IMG/VR virus record: IMGVR_UViG_3300017700_000660
Location: 1-47,857 of that record
DNA from: a virus
Lineage: Duplodnaviria; Caudoviricetes
Length of the DNA stretch: 47,857 nt
Reading direction: 5' to 3' (one strand)
Shown here piece by piece: positions 16,136-24,790 of the stretch. A program made the translations under genes and the position numbers. How positions within the stretch are numbered: the stretch's first letter is position 1; each line of letters opens with the position of its first letter. The notes beneath the pieces are model-generated. The model did not search any database. It saw only the letters and a list, made by a program, of their open reading frames with translations, and had not been told where the DNA came from.

Positions 16136-16347
16136 TTGCGCATCCTTTGCTCGTGCTCGGCCTGCTCACGCCGGTCTTGCTTGGCCTTGTAGTACCAACT
16201 CACCAGCAGCCCGGCCACGCCGACCACGATGCCGCAGATGACTCCCACTTCGTTGGAGATCAGCCCGGACACAAAAGCCGTGCCGCCGCCGCCGTAGGCC
16301 GCTTTGCTGGCGATTGCCGATACCGCTGCTTGTTGTGTCTCATCCAT
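16132..16347 (-). CDS. Holin (71 aa)
   Basis: ASKAAYGGGG...GIVVGVAGLLVSWYYK followed by a highly charged C-terminus. Confidence 0.75.
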   Translation of the reverse strand: MDETQQAAVSAIASKAAYGGGGTAFVSGLISNEVGVICGIVVGVAGLLVSWYYKAKQDRREQAEHEQRMRK

Positions 16348-16375
16348 GGGGCTGCTTTCTAAAGTGTTGGGACGT

Positions 16376-16400
16376 AAAAAAGCCCGCACGCGGCGGGCTG
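16376..16400 (-). terminator. Intrinsic terminator
   Basis: AGCCCGC/GCGGGCT hairpin with a T6 tract on the minus strand. Confidence 0.75.
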
Positions 16401-16419
16401 ATTGAAGGGGCGCTGAGCG

Positions 16420-17151
16420 TCAGGCCGGGTACATCGACTGCAACTGGGCGGCAGCCTCTGGCCATTGGGTGATATGACCACCTGAGAAATTACGAAACGT
16501 GAGTGTGTTGCTGGGCGCAAAGCGGTCGCGCGCAGCTTCCTGGTGGGCAAATGGCACGGCTACATCCTCGTCGCTTCCGTTGATGTGCAACCGAACACCA
16601 GAAATGGACTTGCTCATCGGCGAGCGATCTAGGTAAACGGCTGGGACCTGGGCGGGCGTACCACCCATGCACGCCTCGAGCGAAGCGCGGTATTGCGTCT
16701 TTTGTGTCCACCAGTCGGCCAGGTCATAGGGGAAAACCCAGAGGGATGCACCGTAGATAACGCCAGGGTAGGCGGCCAGGAACATCAGCGCCAAATGACC
16801 ACCGCCAGAGGTACCGTAGCCCAGCACCCGTTCGATCATCGGGAACTCAGCACGCGTCGCGTCAATAACCCGCTTGACTCGCTCCAACTGCGCAGGATGG
16901 CCGGCGCCCTCTGGGTGGTTATTCGGGCCGCCTGCGTTCGGGCAAATGATCACATAGTTGTTCAGCGAAGTGAGCAGCGGAATTCCGTCAAGTTCGTGGA
17001 GGTTGCTGCTCCACGCGTGAAACATCACGATCAGTGTGCGCGGCGCACCTTTCACTGCGCGTTTGTAAGGCTCATCTCCGACATACCGCGCATTGACTGC
17101 TTCTTCCCTGCTGGTCGCGGCGAGCGTCCCGCTGTAGTTTGCGACTCCCAT
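16420..17151 (-). CDS. Alpha/beta-hydrolase (esterase/S9-like)
   Basis: Oxyanion motif MFHAW, nucleophile elbow GTSGGG, acid INGSDEDVAVP, base GGH. ATG 17151 lies 1 nt after the upstream stop. Confidence 0.85.
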   Translation of the reverse strand: MGVANYSGTLAATSREEAVNARYVGDEPYKRAVKGAPRTLIVMFHAWSSNLHELDGIPLLTSLNNYVIICPNAGGPNNHPEGAGHPAQLERVKRVIDATRAEFPMIERVLGYGTSGGGHLALMFLAAYPGVIYGASLWVFPYDLADWWTQKTQYRASLEACMGGTPAQVPAVYLDRSPMSKSISGVRLHINGSDEDVAVPFAHQEAARDRFAPSNTLTFRNFSGGHITQWPEAAAQLQSMYPA

Positions 17152-17152
17152 A

Positions 17153-17776
17153 TCAGGAGAAGAGCTGCACTTCGGAGAGCTGGCAAAGAGCACCGCTGTG
17201 GCTGCCGACGTAAATTTCAAAGTCGTCAGTAAAAATCGGCGTCGTGGCGTCCAGGTCGGTTTGTCCATTCGTCCATGGTAGCGCACCTGGGGTGGAAATA
17301 ATATCTACCGGTGTGCCGGTCTGCAGGTCACGGACCTTGAACTGGGCCGGCGCAAGACTCGGAGCATCCGTGCGTACCTTGGCTTCGACGCGCCATATCC
17401 ATCGCTTTGCCGCAAGTTTGAAGCGCCAGCTGTGTGGGCCAGGACCGTATGCCGAGGATGCGCCGTCGCGCCAGTCGTTGCTGATGACGCCATTGCGCAG
17501 CTTCCAGCCGCTAGCCGTGATGCCGTTTTCGGAATAGGCAGAGGACTCGCTGATGGTGCAGCCGTCCTTGGTCGGTCCGGTCATCGAGTCCGGTAGAACT
17601 GGCAGATAGTCACGTGGTGGCGGGCCATTCGGGCTGGTTTGCGGGGTCAGCACGATGGTGCCATCGGCGTTGTGCAGAACGCCGTTGATGACGATGGGGC
17701 CGCTGAGGTGAATGCTGCCGCTCAGGACAAGGCCAGGGCAAACAATGTTGCCGCTGATGGCAATGGGTGTCGTCAT
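17153..17776 (-). CDS. Tail-associated protein with a discoidin/F5-8-like beta-sandwich
   Basis: CTISESSAYS...GWKLRNG...W...APAQFKV...LSEVQLF pattern; directly downstream of the tail fibre. Confidence 0.55.
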   Translation of the reverse strand: MTTPIAISGNIVCPGLVLSGSIHLSGPIVINGVLHNADGTIVLTPQTSPNGPPPRDYLPVLPDSMTGPTKDGCTISESSAYSENGITASGWKLRNGVISNDWRDGASSAYGPGPHSWRFKLAAKRWIWRVEAKVRTDAPSLAPAQFKVRDLQTGTPVDIISTPGALPWTNGQTDLDATTPIFTDDFEIYVGSHSGALCQLSEVQLFS

Positions 17777-17785
17777 GATTTCTCC

Positions 17786-19288
17786 TTAGAAGCTGTAGCC
17801 GGTGCAATACAGGTACTCGTTACCGGCGCCTACCGCGTACCAATACACGTTCTGGGCGGCGATCAGTGGCACCTTAGCGGTGGCATTCCATGAGCTGGAA
17901 ATAATTCCCGATGCCTGGGCGCGCGTTGCGCTGTCGGCAGTGCCGTGGAATATCTGCAACCCGATGCCCGTCGAGTCACCGGCAAGTCCAAATTGAGCAT
18001 TTCCGGCCGCTGCCGTTTCCGCGAAAAGCATCATCGCGTTCTTGGCCGCGACAGGTACAGCCGTCGAGATCGACTGAATAGTGAGCGATGTGGGCCCAGC
18101 AACTGGGCCGGTGATCAGTTTCGCCGTCTGGTAGAAGAACCAGCGGTTCTCGTCGACCATGCCCGCCAGCAACTGCGGTGTGGCATTGGTCGGCCAGATA
18201 GCGATCAACGCCGAATACGTGTAGCCCGAAGGCATGTTCGCTCCGCTGTAGATCGTGCCCGTGCTTGTCGCGGCATTCACACCGAGAATGCTCTGCGTGC
18301 CGTCAGCCTTGGCAATGGCATAAATTGCCAAGTAGCCAGTCGTCGGCGCGGCGCCGGTATCCATGCCGCCGGCACCCGTGGTGCTGATGTTCAGCGTCTT
18401 GCTGAAGCTGGCCAGGCGCTGGGAACCACCATTCAAGGCTGTCGACACCGTGACGTCGTCAGCCGAGAAGGTGACGCTGGTGCCGTTGCTGGTGAGGACT
18501 GCCCGCAGGTTCCGCGCGTCGCCGGTAGAGCCGCCTGGTGCCACAGCAGACCAGGTCGGCAGCGCAGCCGCGCCCGCACTGGTCAACACCTGCCCAGAGA
18601 CGCCTGGCCCGATAGATGCCTGGAACGCACCGGTTGCCGTCGTGCCGCTGATAACCGGGCTGTAGGCGGTGGTGGTGTTCAGGCCGGTGCCGCCGTTGGC
18701 GACAGGCAGGACGCCCGTCACACCGGAGGTCAGCGGCAGGCCCGTGATGTTGGTGGCCACGCCAGCGCTGGGCGTGCCGATGTTGGGGGTCGTGAGCGTG
18801 GGCGAGGCCTGCATCACGAAGGTCGAGCCGGTGCCCGTCTGTGCTGCCACCGCCGTGGCGTTGCCCGTGGATGTGATGGGCCCGGTCAGGTTGGCGTTGG
18901 TCGTGACCGTTCCAGCCGTCAGGCCAGCGGCCGTTCCCGTGATGTTAGTTCCCACCAGGGCCGACGGCGTGCCAAGGTTTGGCGTGACCAGGGTCGGCGA
19001 CGTGGCGCGCACACCCGAACCGGTGCCGGTCGTGGTGATGGCCTCGATTGCCGTGCCGCCGCTATTGACGGCCGTTACCTTGCCGCCGTTGCCTGCCAGC
19101 GTGGGCAGCTTGCCGAAGCCGGCTTCAATCAGGTCGAGTTCGGCGCGCATGGCGGCCGATGAACCGGCTGAGCCCTGCGAGGGGTACGTCGTGTGATCGT
19201 AATACTCAGCGCCGGCGCCAAAGACCGCCGATGCGGCAAGCAGCAGCGCAAGCGCCGCGGCAGTTGTTCGTGTCCAGAGAGATTTCAT
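17786..19288 (-). CDS. Tail fibre protein (500 aa)
   Basis: Thr/Gly-rich repeats (TGTGS..SPTL.TPN.GTPSA, VLPVANGGTG) and C-terminal TTGAGGMDTGAAPTTGYLAIYAI domain; ATG overlaps the upstream stop. Confidence 0.85.
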   Translation of the reverse strand: MKSLWTRTTAAALALLLAASAVFGAGAEYYDHTTYPSQGSAGSSAAMRAELDLIEAGFGKLPTLAGNGGKVTAVNSGGTAIEAITTTGTGSGVRATSPTLVTPNLGTPSALVGTNITGTAAGLTAGTVTTNANLTGPITSTGNATAVAAQTGTGSTFVMQASPTLTTPNIGTPSAGVATNITGLPLTSGVTGVLPVANGGTGLNTTTAYSPVISGTTATGAFQASIGPGVSGQVLTSAGAAALPTWSAVAPGGSTGDARNLRAVLTSNGTSVTFSADDVTVSTALNGGSQRLASFSKTLNISTTGAGGMDTGAAPTTGYLAIYAIAKADGTQSILGVNAATSTGTIYSGANMPSGYTYSALIAIWPTNATPQLLAGMVDENRWFFYQTAKLITGPVAGPTSLTIQSISTAVPVAAKNAMMLFAETAAAGNAQFGLAGDSTGIGLQIFHGTADSATRAQASGIISSSWNATAKVPLIAAQNVYWYAVGAGNEYLYCTGYSF

Positions 19289-21318
19289 CGTAGTCCTCGC
19301 CGTAGGCTGTAGTGAATGATTGCGCTGTTCAGCGCGAAGGGAAGGAAGTCGGTCGAGTTCGCGGAAATTGCCAGCTGCACGTTCTCCGCGCTGCCCACCA
19401 TCTCGCACTCGGTCGGGAAGACCGTGCGGCCGTCCCAATAGAAGCTGTCCCAGGTGAAGCTGTCCCAGTACGCCAAGGAAAACGGCGTCGGATAGTTGAC
19501 TGCATCAGGCTGCAGATACTCTGTGCTGCCGTAGCCAATCTGGTAGCCGAAGTCGATGGCCGCGTAACCGTTGCCGGCGATCTCGATTGACGCGCGCCGA
19601 AAACGCTTGAGGATGCGCGGGTTCTTGACGGCATCCCAGTTCAACACGATGTAAGCATTGATGGCCGAGCCGTCGAACGAAGTGCCCATGTCCAACTGGT
19701 GCAAGTGACCGTCAGCGCCACCGAAGAATTTCACCAGTTCGCCGCTGGACAGCGTGCCTTCAAAGGCGATGTTCGCGTAGGTCGGAAAGGCCACTGGCAT
19801 GGCGCCCATGGGCTTGCCATTGACCAGCGTGATGTAAAGACCGGAGCCGTCGTTAAAGAAAATCCGATACTGGCTCTTAGACCTGTCCAGCGAAGAGCAG
19901 GAGGCTTTGGTGCGCCGGTCGGCAATGAAAGGCCGGATATTGTTAGTGAGGCTGGCTTCCTCGAAGTTGCCGAAATTGAGGGACGTGGCCAGCGCAAACA
20001 CACCACGGTCGTCCATGGTGTAGCTCTGGGACAGGTTCTGCCCCGTGTAGTCCAGCGCGCCGACGCCGTTGTTGTAAGTGACCAGGTTCCAGTCGGTGGC
20101 GCTGGTGCCGTACAGCATCAGCGTGGTGTTGCGGCAATGGATTGCCAGAGTGCCGCTGGTGGCCGACCCGGGCTGGATCAGGAAGCTGGTGACCGTGTCG
20201 CCGCAGGGCTGCTCTGCCGCACCAGCCAGGGCTGTGTAGTTATAGGGTGCTCCGATACCGGAGTTGAAGACCGAGCTCTGCACGGAAAAGAACAGGTGGT
20301 TCTTAAAGGCCGTGATGTGCTTCGGTGTATCCGGCACGGTTCCGGTGGTGATGGGCACGACCGTCGTGCCATCAAACTCGAACATCCGGTTCACGCCGTC
20401 GGCGTAGTAAATGCGGGAAGCACTCAGCTGCCCAGAGAAGTTCGCCTCGCACCACTCTCCCTTCCCGCCGGGAAGCATGGTGATAGAGGTTTCCGCACCG
20501 CTGAGTGTCACCGTGGCGCCTCCTGATAGCGTGGCCGCGCCAGCCGAGAACGCGCCGCCAGCGATGTTCGTGATGATGAAGCGGCCTGCAGCGGTGTTTC
20601 CGAGCCATGCTCCCGACTGCGTCACCGCCCGCCGCACCGTGGCCGTCACCCCGCCTTTTGTCAGCGTCTCGCCGTCGGCTGGAAGCGCTGCGCCGCCCGC
20701 AGTGAAGCTGACTTCGCTGCCCAGGGTGATCTGTTGCCAGCCGGTGGCGCTTTCCACGAACAGGTTGCTGGCCGTGGCGCCGGCGTTGTCGCGCAGGCAA
20801 TACACCAGGTCCCGGTACAGGAAACCGCCGCGGATAGGTCCGCTGCCCGTCGGTGGCGAGATGTCGGCACGATACACCGCGGCTGCCAGATTCTGATACT
20901 GGGCGTTCAGTTGCAGGGATGGTGCCGTCCCCGGGTCTACCAGCGTGCCAATTGGGGTGGCGCCCACCAGCAGCGGGTCGCCGGTTGTGAATGTGCCTGT
21001 TACCTTGGTGATCGCCACATAGTCGGCGCCCACCGCAATGATTTGGCCAGTGGCCACGCCGTTGGTGATGGTCTGGCCGGCGGCCGGAGTATTGATGAAG
21101 GCCGCCACGTACAGCAGGGTATAGACGCCATCAGACGGCGAAGGCTGGCCGCTGTAGCGCTCGTAGCCGCCAATGCGTCCATAACCACCGAACTCCAGCG
21201 CCTCGAAGTTGACCGCGTCCCGGCAAACGCCAGCCTTGAGGGAAAGCGTCGGCGTGATCTGATCCAGGCCGCCCTTCAGCGTGATCTGTTCATACTGAAC
21301 GGGCGGCATCTTGATCAT
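19285..21318 (-). CDS. Podoviral tail nozzle/tubular protein B-like (677 aa)
   Basis: Size, position, LKGGLDQ start, beta-rich composition, KRFRRASIE and WDSFTWD motifs. Confidence 0.7.
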   Translation of the reverse strand: MIKMPPVQYEQITLKGGLDQITPTLSLKAGVCRDAVNFEALEFGGYGRIGGYERYSGQPSPSDGVYTLLYVAAFINTPAAGQTITNGVATGQIIAVGADYVAITKVTGTFTTGDPLLVGATPIGTLVDPGTAPSLQLNAQYQNLAAAVYRADISPPTGSGPIRGGFLYRDLVYCLRDNAGATASNLFVESATGWQQITLGSEVSFTAGGAALPADGETLTKGGVTATVRRAVTQSGAWLGNTAAGRFIITNIAGGAFSAGAATLSGGATVTLSGAETSITMLPGGKGEWCEANFSGQLSASRIYYADGVNRMFEFDGTTVVPITTGTVPDTPKHITAFKNHLFFSVQSSVFNSGIGAPYNYTALAGAAEQPCGDTVTSFLIQPGSATSGTLAIHCRNTTLMLYGTSATDWNLVTYNNGVGALDYTGQNLSQSYTMDDRGVFALATSLNFGNFEEASLTNNIRPFIADRRTKASCSSLDRSKSQYRIFFNDGSGLYITLVNGKPMGAMPVAFPTYANIAFEGTLSSGELVKFFGGADGHLHQLDMGTSFDGSAINAYIVLNWDAVKNPRILKRFRRASIEIAGNGYAAIDFGYQIGYGSTEYLQPDAVNYPTPFSLAYWDSFTWDSFYWDGRTVFPTECEMVGSAENVQLAISANSTDFLPFALNSAIIHYSLRRGLR

Positions 21319-21998
21319 GCCAAGGCACCAGGGAAAGTCATCTCGTCCAGCTGGTCGGCGGTCAGGCGCATCATGAGCTTGCTGAACTCCAGTTCCCCGC
21401 GTTGGTACACCTCGGGTGCAGCCTCGAACGCGCCATAGGACATGCAGGCCTTCCAGACAATGGCCATGTGGAACTGGGCTGGCATTGCCGGAATGTCAGC
21501 GTCTGCCGTCAGAATCACGGGGGCCGTGTAGTAGTCCCCGGTGATCGTGTAGCCGGCGTCCGGATATGGACCCAGGCCGACGGCCTTGGCTGGCGTGATG
21601 GTCACCTCGATGGGGCGCGTGCGTGCCAGTTTCAGCGCACCGAGGTCGTAGGCTGAGCGCCAGCTCTCGTACTGCGTGAAGTCCATCTCAATCTCGCTAC
21701 CGATACCGGCCGCGGTATCGTAGTTGCGGAAGGTGTTGCGCGCCCACATGCCGAACGTGCCGGCGGCGATCCCGCACTGCAGCGGCGTGTACACCGCCTG
21801 GCCGGCCACGGTGGCAAAAGACGCCGTCGTCCGCAGGAACTCCCACATTTGATGGGCTGTCTGGATGTCGTTCCAGGCGTCCTGCACCCAGCCGACCAGC
21901 TTCCCAGCCTCGCCGGTTTGGCCGAGCACGGTGGCCGGGCCCACGCCGGCGATACCGCACTCCCTGGCCGTGCGCTGGACGATCTGGAGGAAGTTCAT
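21315..21998 (-). CDS. Head-tail adaptor/tubular protein A-like
   Basis: MNFLQIVQRTARECG start and PAMPAQFHMAIVW motif. Confidence 0.7.
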   Translation of the reverse strand: MNFLQIVQRTARECGIAGVGPATVLGQTGEAGKLVGWVQDAWNDIQTAHQMWEFLRTTASFATVAGQAVYTPLQCGIAAGTFGMWARNTFRNYDTAAGIGSEIEMDFTQYESWRSAYDLGALKLARTRPIEVTITPAKAVGLGPYPDAGYTITGDYYTAPVILTADADIPAMPAQFHMAIVWKACMSYGAFEAAPEVYQRGELEFSKLMMRLTADQLDEMTFPGALA

Positions 21999-22549
21999 CA
22001 GCCTTCAGCCAGCAGGCGGGTCAGCCATTGGGCGCCACGCGGGTTGTCGTCACGGATGACGGAGAACGGCGTCTTCATGCTGGTGTGCCGGTCGACGACG
22101 TTGTCTTCGCTCTCCTCGTGCTTTTGCACGTTGGTCTGCACGGTGTCGTGCTTGGAGCGGGCCAGGACCTCCACGTACTTGCGCTTGGTCGTGACGACGT
22201 GGCCGATGGGAAGGTAGCCGCACTGGATCCACTTGCCCCTCATGAGAACCTCGGCGCCGACGCCGTTCACCCAGCAGTCCACGGAATGGGGGGCGAACTT
22301 CTCGGATGAGCGCTCGATGCGGATGGTGATGGGCTCCTCGGCGAATTTCAGGGCCTGCAGGTAGTCGTCGGCCGGCTGCTTGTCCAGCGCAACGATGACC
22401 TGCTCACGTTCGATGGGTCCATCGTCTGGCAGAACGATGGCCGGCTGCTGGCCAACGGCCAGATCAGCGGTGTGCAGTTCCCGCGCGGGGGCGTGAACCG
22501 GGTTGTTTTTTGCCTGTGCAGGCTTTGCATTGGGAATACCACGGGGCAT
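21998..22549 (-). CDS. Hypothetical phage protein
   Basis: GGAG RBS before ATG 22549; in-operon. Confidence 0.7.
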   Translation of the reverse strand: MPRGIPNAKPAQAKNNPVHAPARELHTADLAVGQQPAIVLPDDGPIEREQVIVALDKQPADDYLQALKFAEEPITIRIERSSEKFAPHSVDCWVNGVGAEVLMRGKWIQCGYLPIGHVVTTKRKYVEVLARSKHDTVQTNVQKHEESEDNVVDRHTSMKTPFSVIRDDNPRGAQWLTRLLAEG

Positions 22550-22566
22550 GTCGATCTCCATAAATG

Positions 22567-22589
22567 AAAAAGCCCGCCGAAGCGGGCTT
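22567..22589 (-). terminator. Intrinsic terminator
   Basis: AGCCCGC-TTCG-GCGGGCT-TTTT on the minus strand. Confidence 0.8.
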
Positions 22590-22616
22590 CAGGCCAAGGG
22601 GCTTGAGCCCCCTGGG

Positions 22617-23099
22617 TCAGCTCACAAACGGACGATCCGGCAAGGTGCCGAGCGAACCGAAGGTGTAGGTCAAGCCCGTCACGCCGGACAGGTTGTTCGT
22701 GCCGAACGTCCAGGCACCGACAGCCGTGGAACCTGCCTTGGCCACCAGGTAGCCGATGGGGCAGAAGTCGTCGGGCAACACAGGCAGTTGTGGCGCCAGG
22801 ATGAAGGCCCCGGAGGCGTCGAGCGCTTCGACCGAACCCTGGGCAACCTTGATGGTGCCGGCAGCGTTGTAGCCGAAGATGTAGACCGAGCCCTGGTTTG
22901 CCGAAATGCCGGCGAAGGCCAGGCCGTCCACCACATCGGTCGTCGGGGTCGCGGCATTGGTCGCCGCAGCCACGCTGTACGCCTTACCCTTGATCAGGTA
23001 GTGCGTGACGCCAGTGGTGGAGTAGGTGGTAGTGGTGCCGGCCGCCAGTGCTGATTTCATCAGGCACAGCGTCAGCGGAAGCAAAGCGAGATTGTCCAT
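22617..23099 (-). CDS. Putative capsid decoration protein 2
   Basis: Ala/Thr/Gly-rich, follows the MCP, similar to 23124-23639. Confidence 0.55.
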   Translation of the reverse strand: MDNLALLPLTLCLMKSALAAGTTTTYSTTGVTHYLIKGKAYSVAAATNAATPTTDVVDGLAFAGISANQGSVYIFGYNAAGTIKVAQGSVEALDASGAFILAPQLPVLPDDFCPIGYLVAKAGSTAVGAWTFGTNNLSGVTGLTYTFGSLGTLPDRPFVS

Positions 23100-23123
23100 T
23101 TCAGTTTCCTTGAGTTGGTTGAG

Positions 23124-23639
23124 TTAAACCAGGACCGTTGGGTCGAACTGGCTCAGAGTGTTGACGTACGCCACGTTCGGGACGACGGTGGCGTCATCCA
23201 GAGGCGTGGTGCCGCCCACGAATGGGCCGGTGCCGGTTGGGTTCACGACGATGAAGCCGAGCTGCGCTTTCCCGACTGGGGTGTCGGGGAACTTCACCAG
23301 CGCCAATGTCGTGCCTTCTGTTCCCATCGCAGTCGTCAGGGTGCCGGCTGAATCGATGTAGAAGCAAAAGACATTGAACTTGGCGTTGGTGACGCTGCCC
23401 ACGAGTGCGGCCATGTCAGTGGCTGCTGCCTTGGTCACGAGAACGCCCAGGGCGATCCCGTAGTAGGCGGCGGCGCCGGTCTTCACAACCGCGCTGCCGC
23501 CGGCTTTGATCGCGAGACCAGCCGAGGAGAGAGATTGCGTTGCGTACCGGTCGGCCAGAGGCGCCAAGATGGCGCGCAAGGCGCCCCGGTCGGTGTTGCT
23601 CGCCAATCCGGCGAGGTAGCGTGTGACGGTATCGAGCAT
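23124..23639 (-). CDS. Putative capsid decoration protein 1
   Basis: Immediately after the MCP; beta-rich, Ala/Thr/Gly-rich. Confidence 0.55.
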   Translation of the reverse strand: MLDTVTRYLAGLASNTDRGALRAILAPLADRYATQSLSSAGLAIKAGGSAVVKTGAAAYYGIALGVLVTKAAATDMAALVGSVTNAKFNVFCFYIDSAGTLTTAMGTEGTTLALVKFPDTPVGKAQLGFIVVNPTGTGPFVGGTTPLDDATVVPNVAYVNTLSQFDPTVLV

Positions 23640-23656
23640 GGTGTTTCCTGGTTGGG

Positions 23657-23682
23657 AAACGGGCCCGGCGAACCGAGCCCGT
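23657..23682 (-). terminator. Hairpin/weak terminator after the MCP
   Basis: ACGGGCTCGG-TTCG-CCGGGCCCGT-TT on the minus strand. Confidence 0.55.
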
Positions 23683-23692
23683 CATCCTTGGG

Positions 23693-24763
23693 TTAGACCA
23701 GCACCTTCGAGCCGACTTGACCGACGGCCATCCAGCCGTTGTTCTCGATCATGATGGCCTTCCACCAGATCGTGCCGGCGTAGCCACGCTGGCCGAACGG
23801 GTCGGACTTCGACTTCTGGCCGGGTGGCATGAAGGTCGGGTCCAGGGCTTCCTTGCCGCGCACAGCGATCTGGCTCCAGGCGTCCATGGCCGTCACGATG
23901 AACGGGTACACGTCGATGCTGACGCCGGTCGTGCTGTACAGGCCAGTCGCGCCGATGGCCGCGCCGCCGTCCTGGATGGCCGGGAAGTCAGGGCTGGTGA
24001 AGAAACGGAAGCGCTCGCACTTGCCGATTTCATTTGCCATGGGTGTGCCAGAGGCATACTTTTCGGCGGGGATGAAGTTCGGCAGGTCGCGGATGTCCGG
24101 TTCCAAATCGGTGTGGCAGTAGACGCTGTAGCCTTCAGCCACGGCATCGGTGCCGTAGTTGTTGGAGGCGCCCAGCATCTTGTTGACCGGCTTGCCGTGG
24201 TTGGCCTGCAGGTTCTTGGCGATCTTGCGCAGCATGCCCAGGGTCATGGCGCCGTTCACCGTCGCGCGGGTCGTGCCCGTGCCGCCGTAGAACTGGTTGG
24301 TACAGGCCTTGAGGGCACCGTACACGATCAGCTCGTTGACGAAGGTCACGCGCTCGCCCACCTGCTCGACCATGGCCTGGGGGATGTCATCCTCGTACAG
24401 GTCATAGGTCTTGTCGGTGAAGCCATACAGGCAGGAGTACTGCTGCATGACCACGGTCACGTCTTGCGGCGTGATGCTGTCGGGCGTAGGCGTCACGCCT
24501 TCTTGCGTCAGGTGAGCCTGCACGATCACGTTGCCGCGGTCGCCGGTGCCGTTCTGGAAGAAGCGGTTGATGGTGTTGGCATCGGTCGCGGTGGCGCCGT
24601 AAGGCAGGTAGCGGCGAGCCACATACGTGTCGCTGGAGTTCTTGGGCATCTTGACCTGGCGGCCAGCTTTGCTCAGGATTTCCAGAGGCACGGCGTGCTT
24701 CAGGATCTGACCCTTGAATTTGTTGATCCGCCCGGGGGTCAAGGCGAAGGTTTGCATCGTCAT
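23693..24763 (-). CDS. Major capsid protein, N4-gp56 family
   Basis: EGVTPTP, CHTDLEPDIR, NEIGKCERFRF and SKSDPFGQRG motifs. Confidence 0.9.
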   Translation of the reverse strand: MTMQTFALTPGRINKFKGQILKHAVPLEILSKAGRQVKMPKNSSDTYVARRYLPYGATATDANTINRFFQNGTGDRGNVIVQAHLTQEGVTPTPDSITPQDVTVVMQQYSCLYGFTDKTYDLYEDDIPQAMVEQVGERVTFVNELIVYGALKACTNQFYGGTGTTRATVNGAMTLGMLRKIAKNLQANHGKPVNKMLGASNNYGTDAVAEGYSVYCHTDLEPDIRDLPNFIPAEKYASGTPMANEIGKCERFRFFTSPDFPAIQDGGAAIGATGLYSTTGVSIDVYPFIVTAMDAWSQIAVRGKEALDPTFMPPGQKSKSDPFGQRGYAGTIWWKAIMIENNGWMAVGQVGSKVLV

Positions 24764-24790
24764 AAAAACACTCCAAAGTTGGTTGTGAGG

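Noticed and set aside
17786-19288. Diversity-generating retroelement or invertible tail-fibre switch
   Set aside because: No reverse transcriptase, TR/VR pair, invertase or inverted fibre cassette seen in the window.
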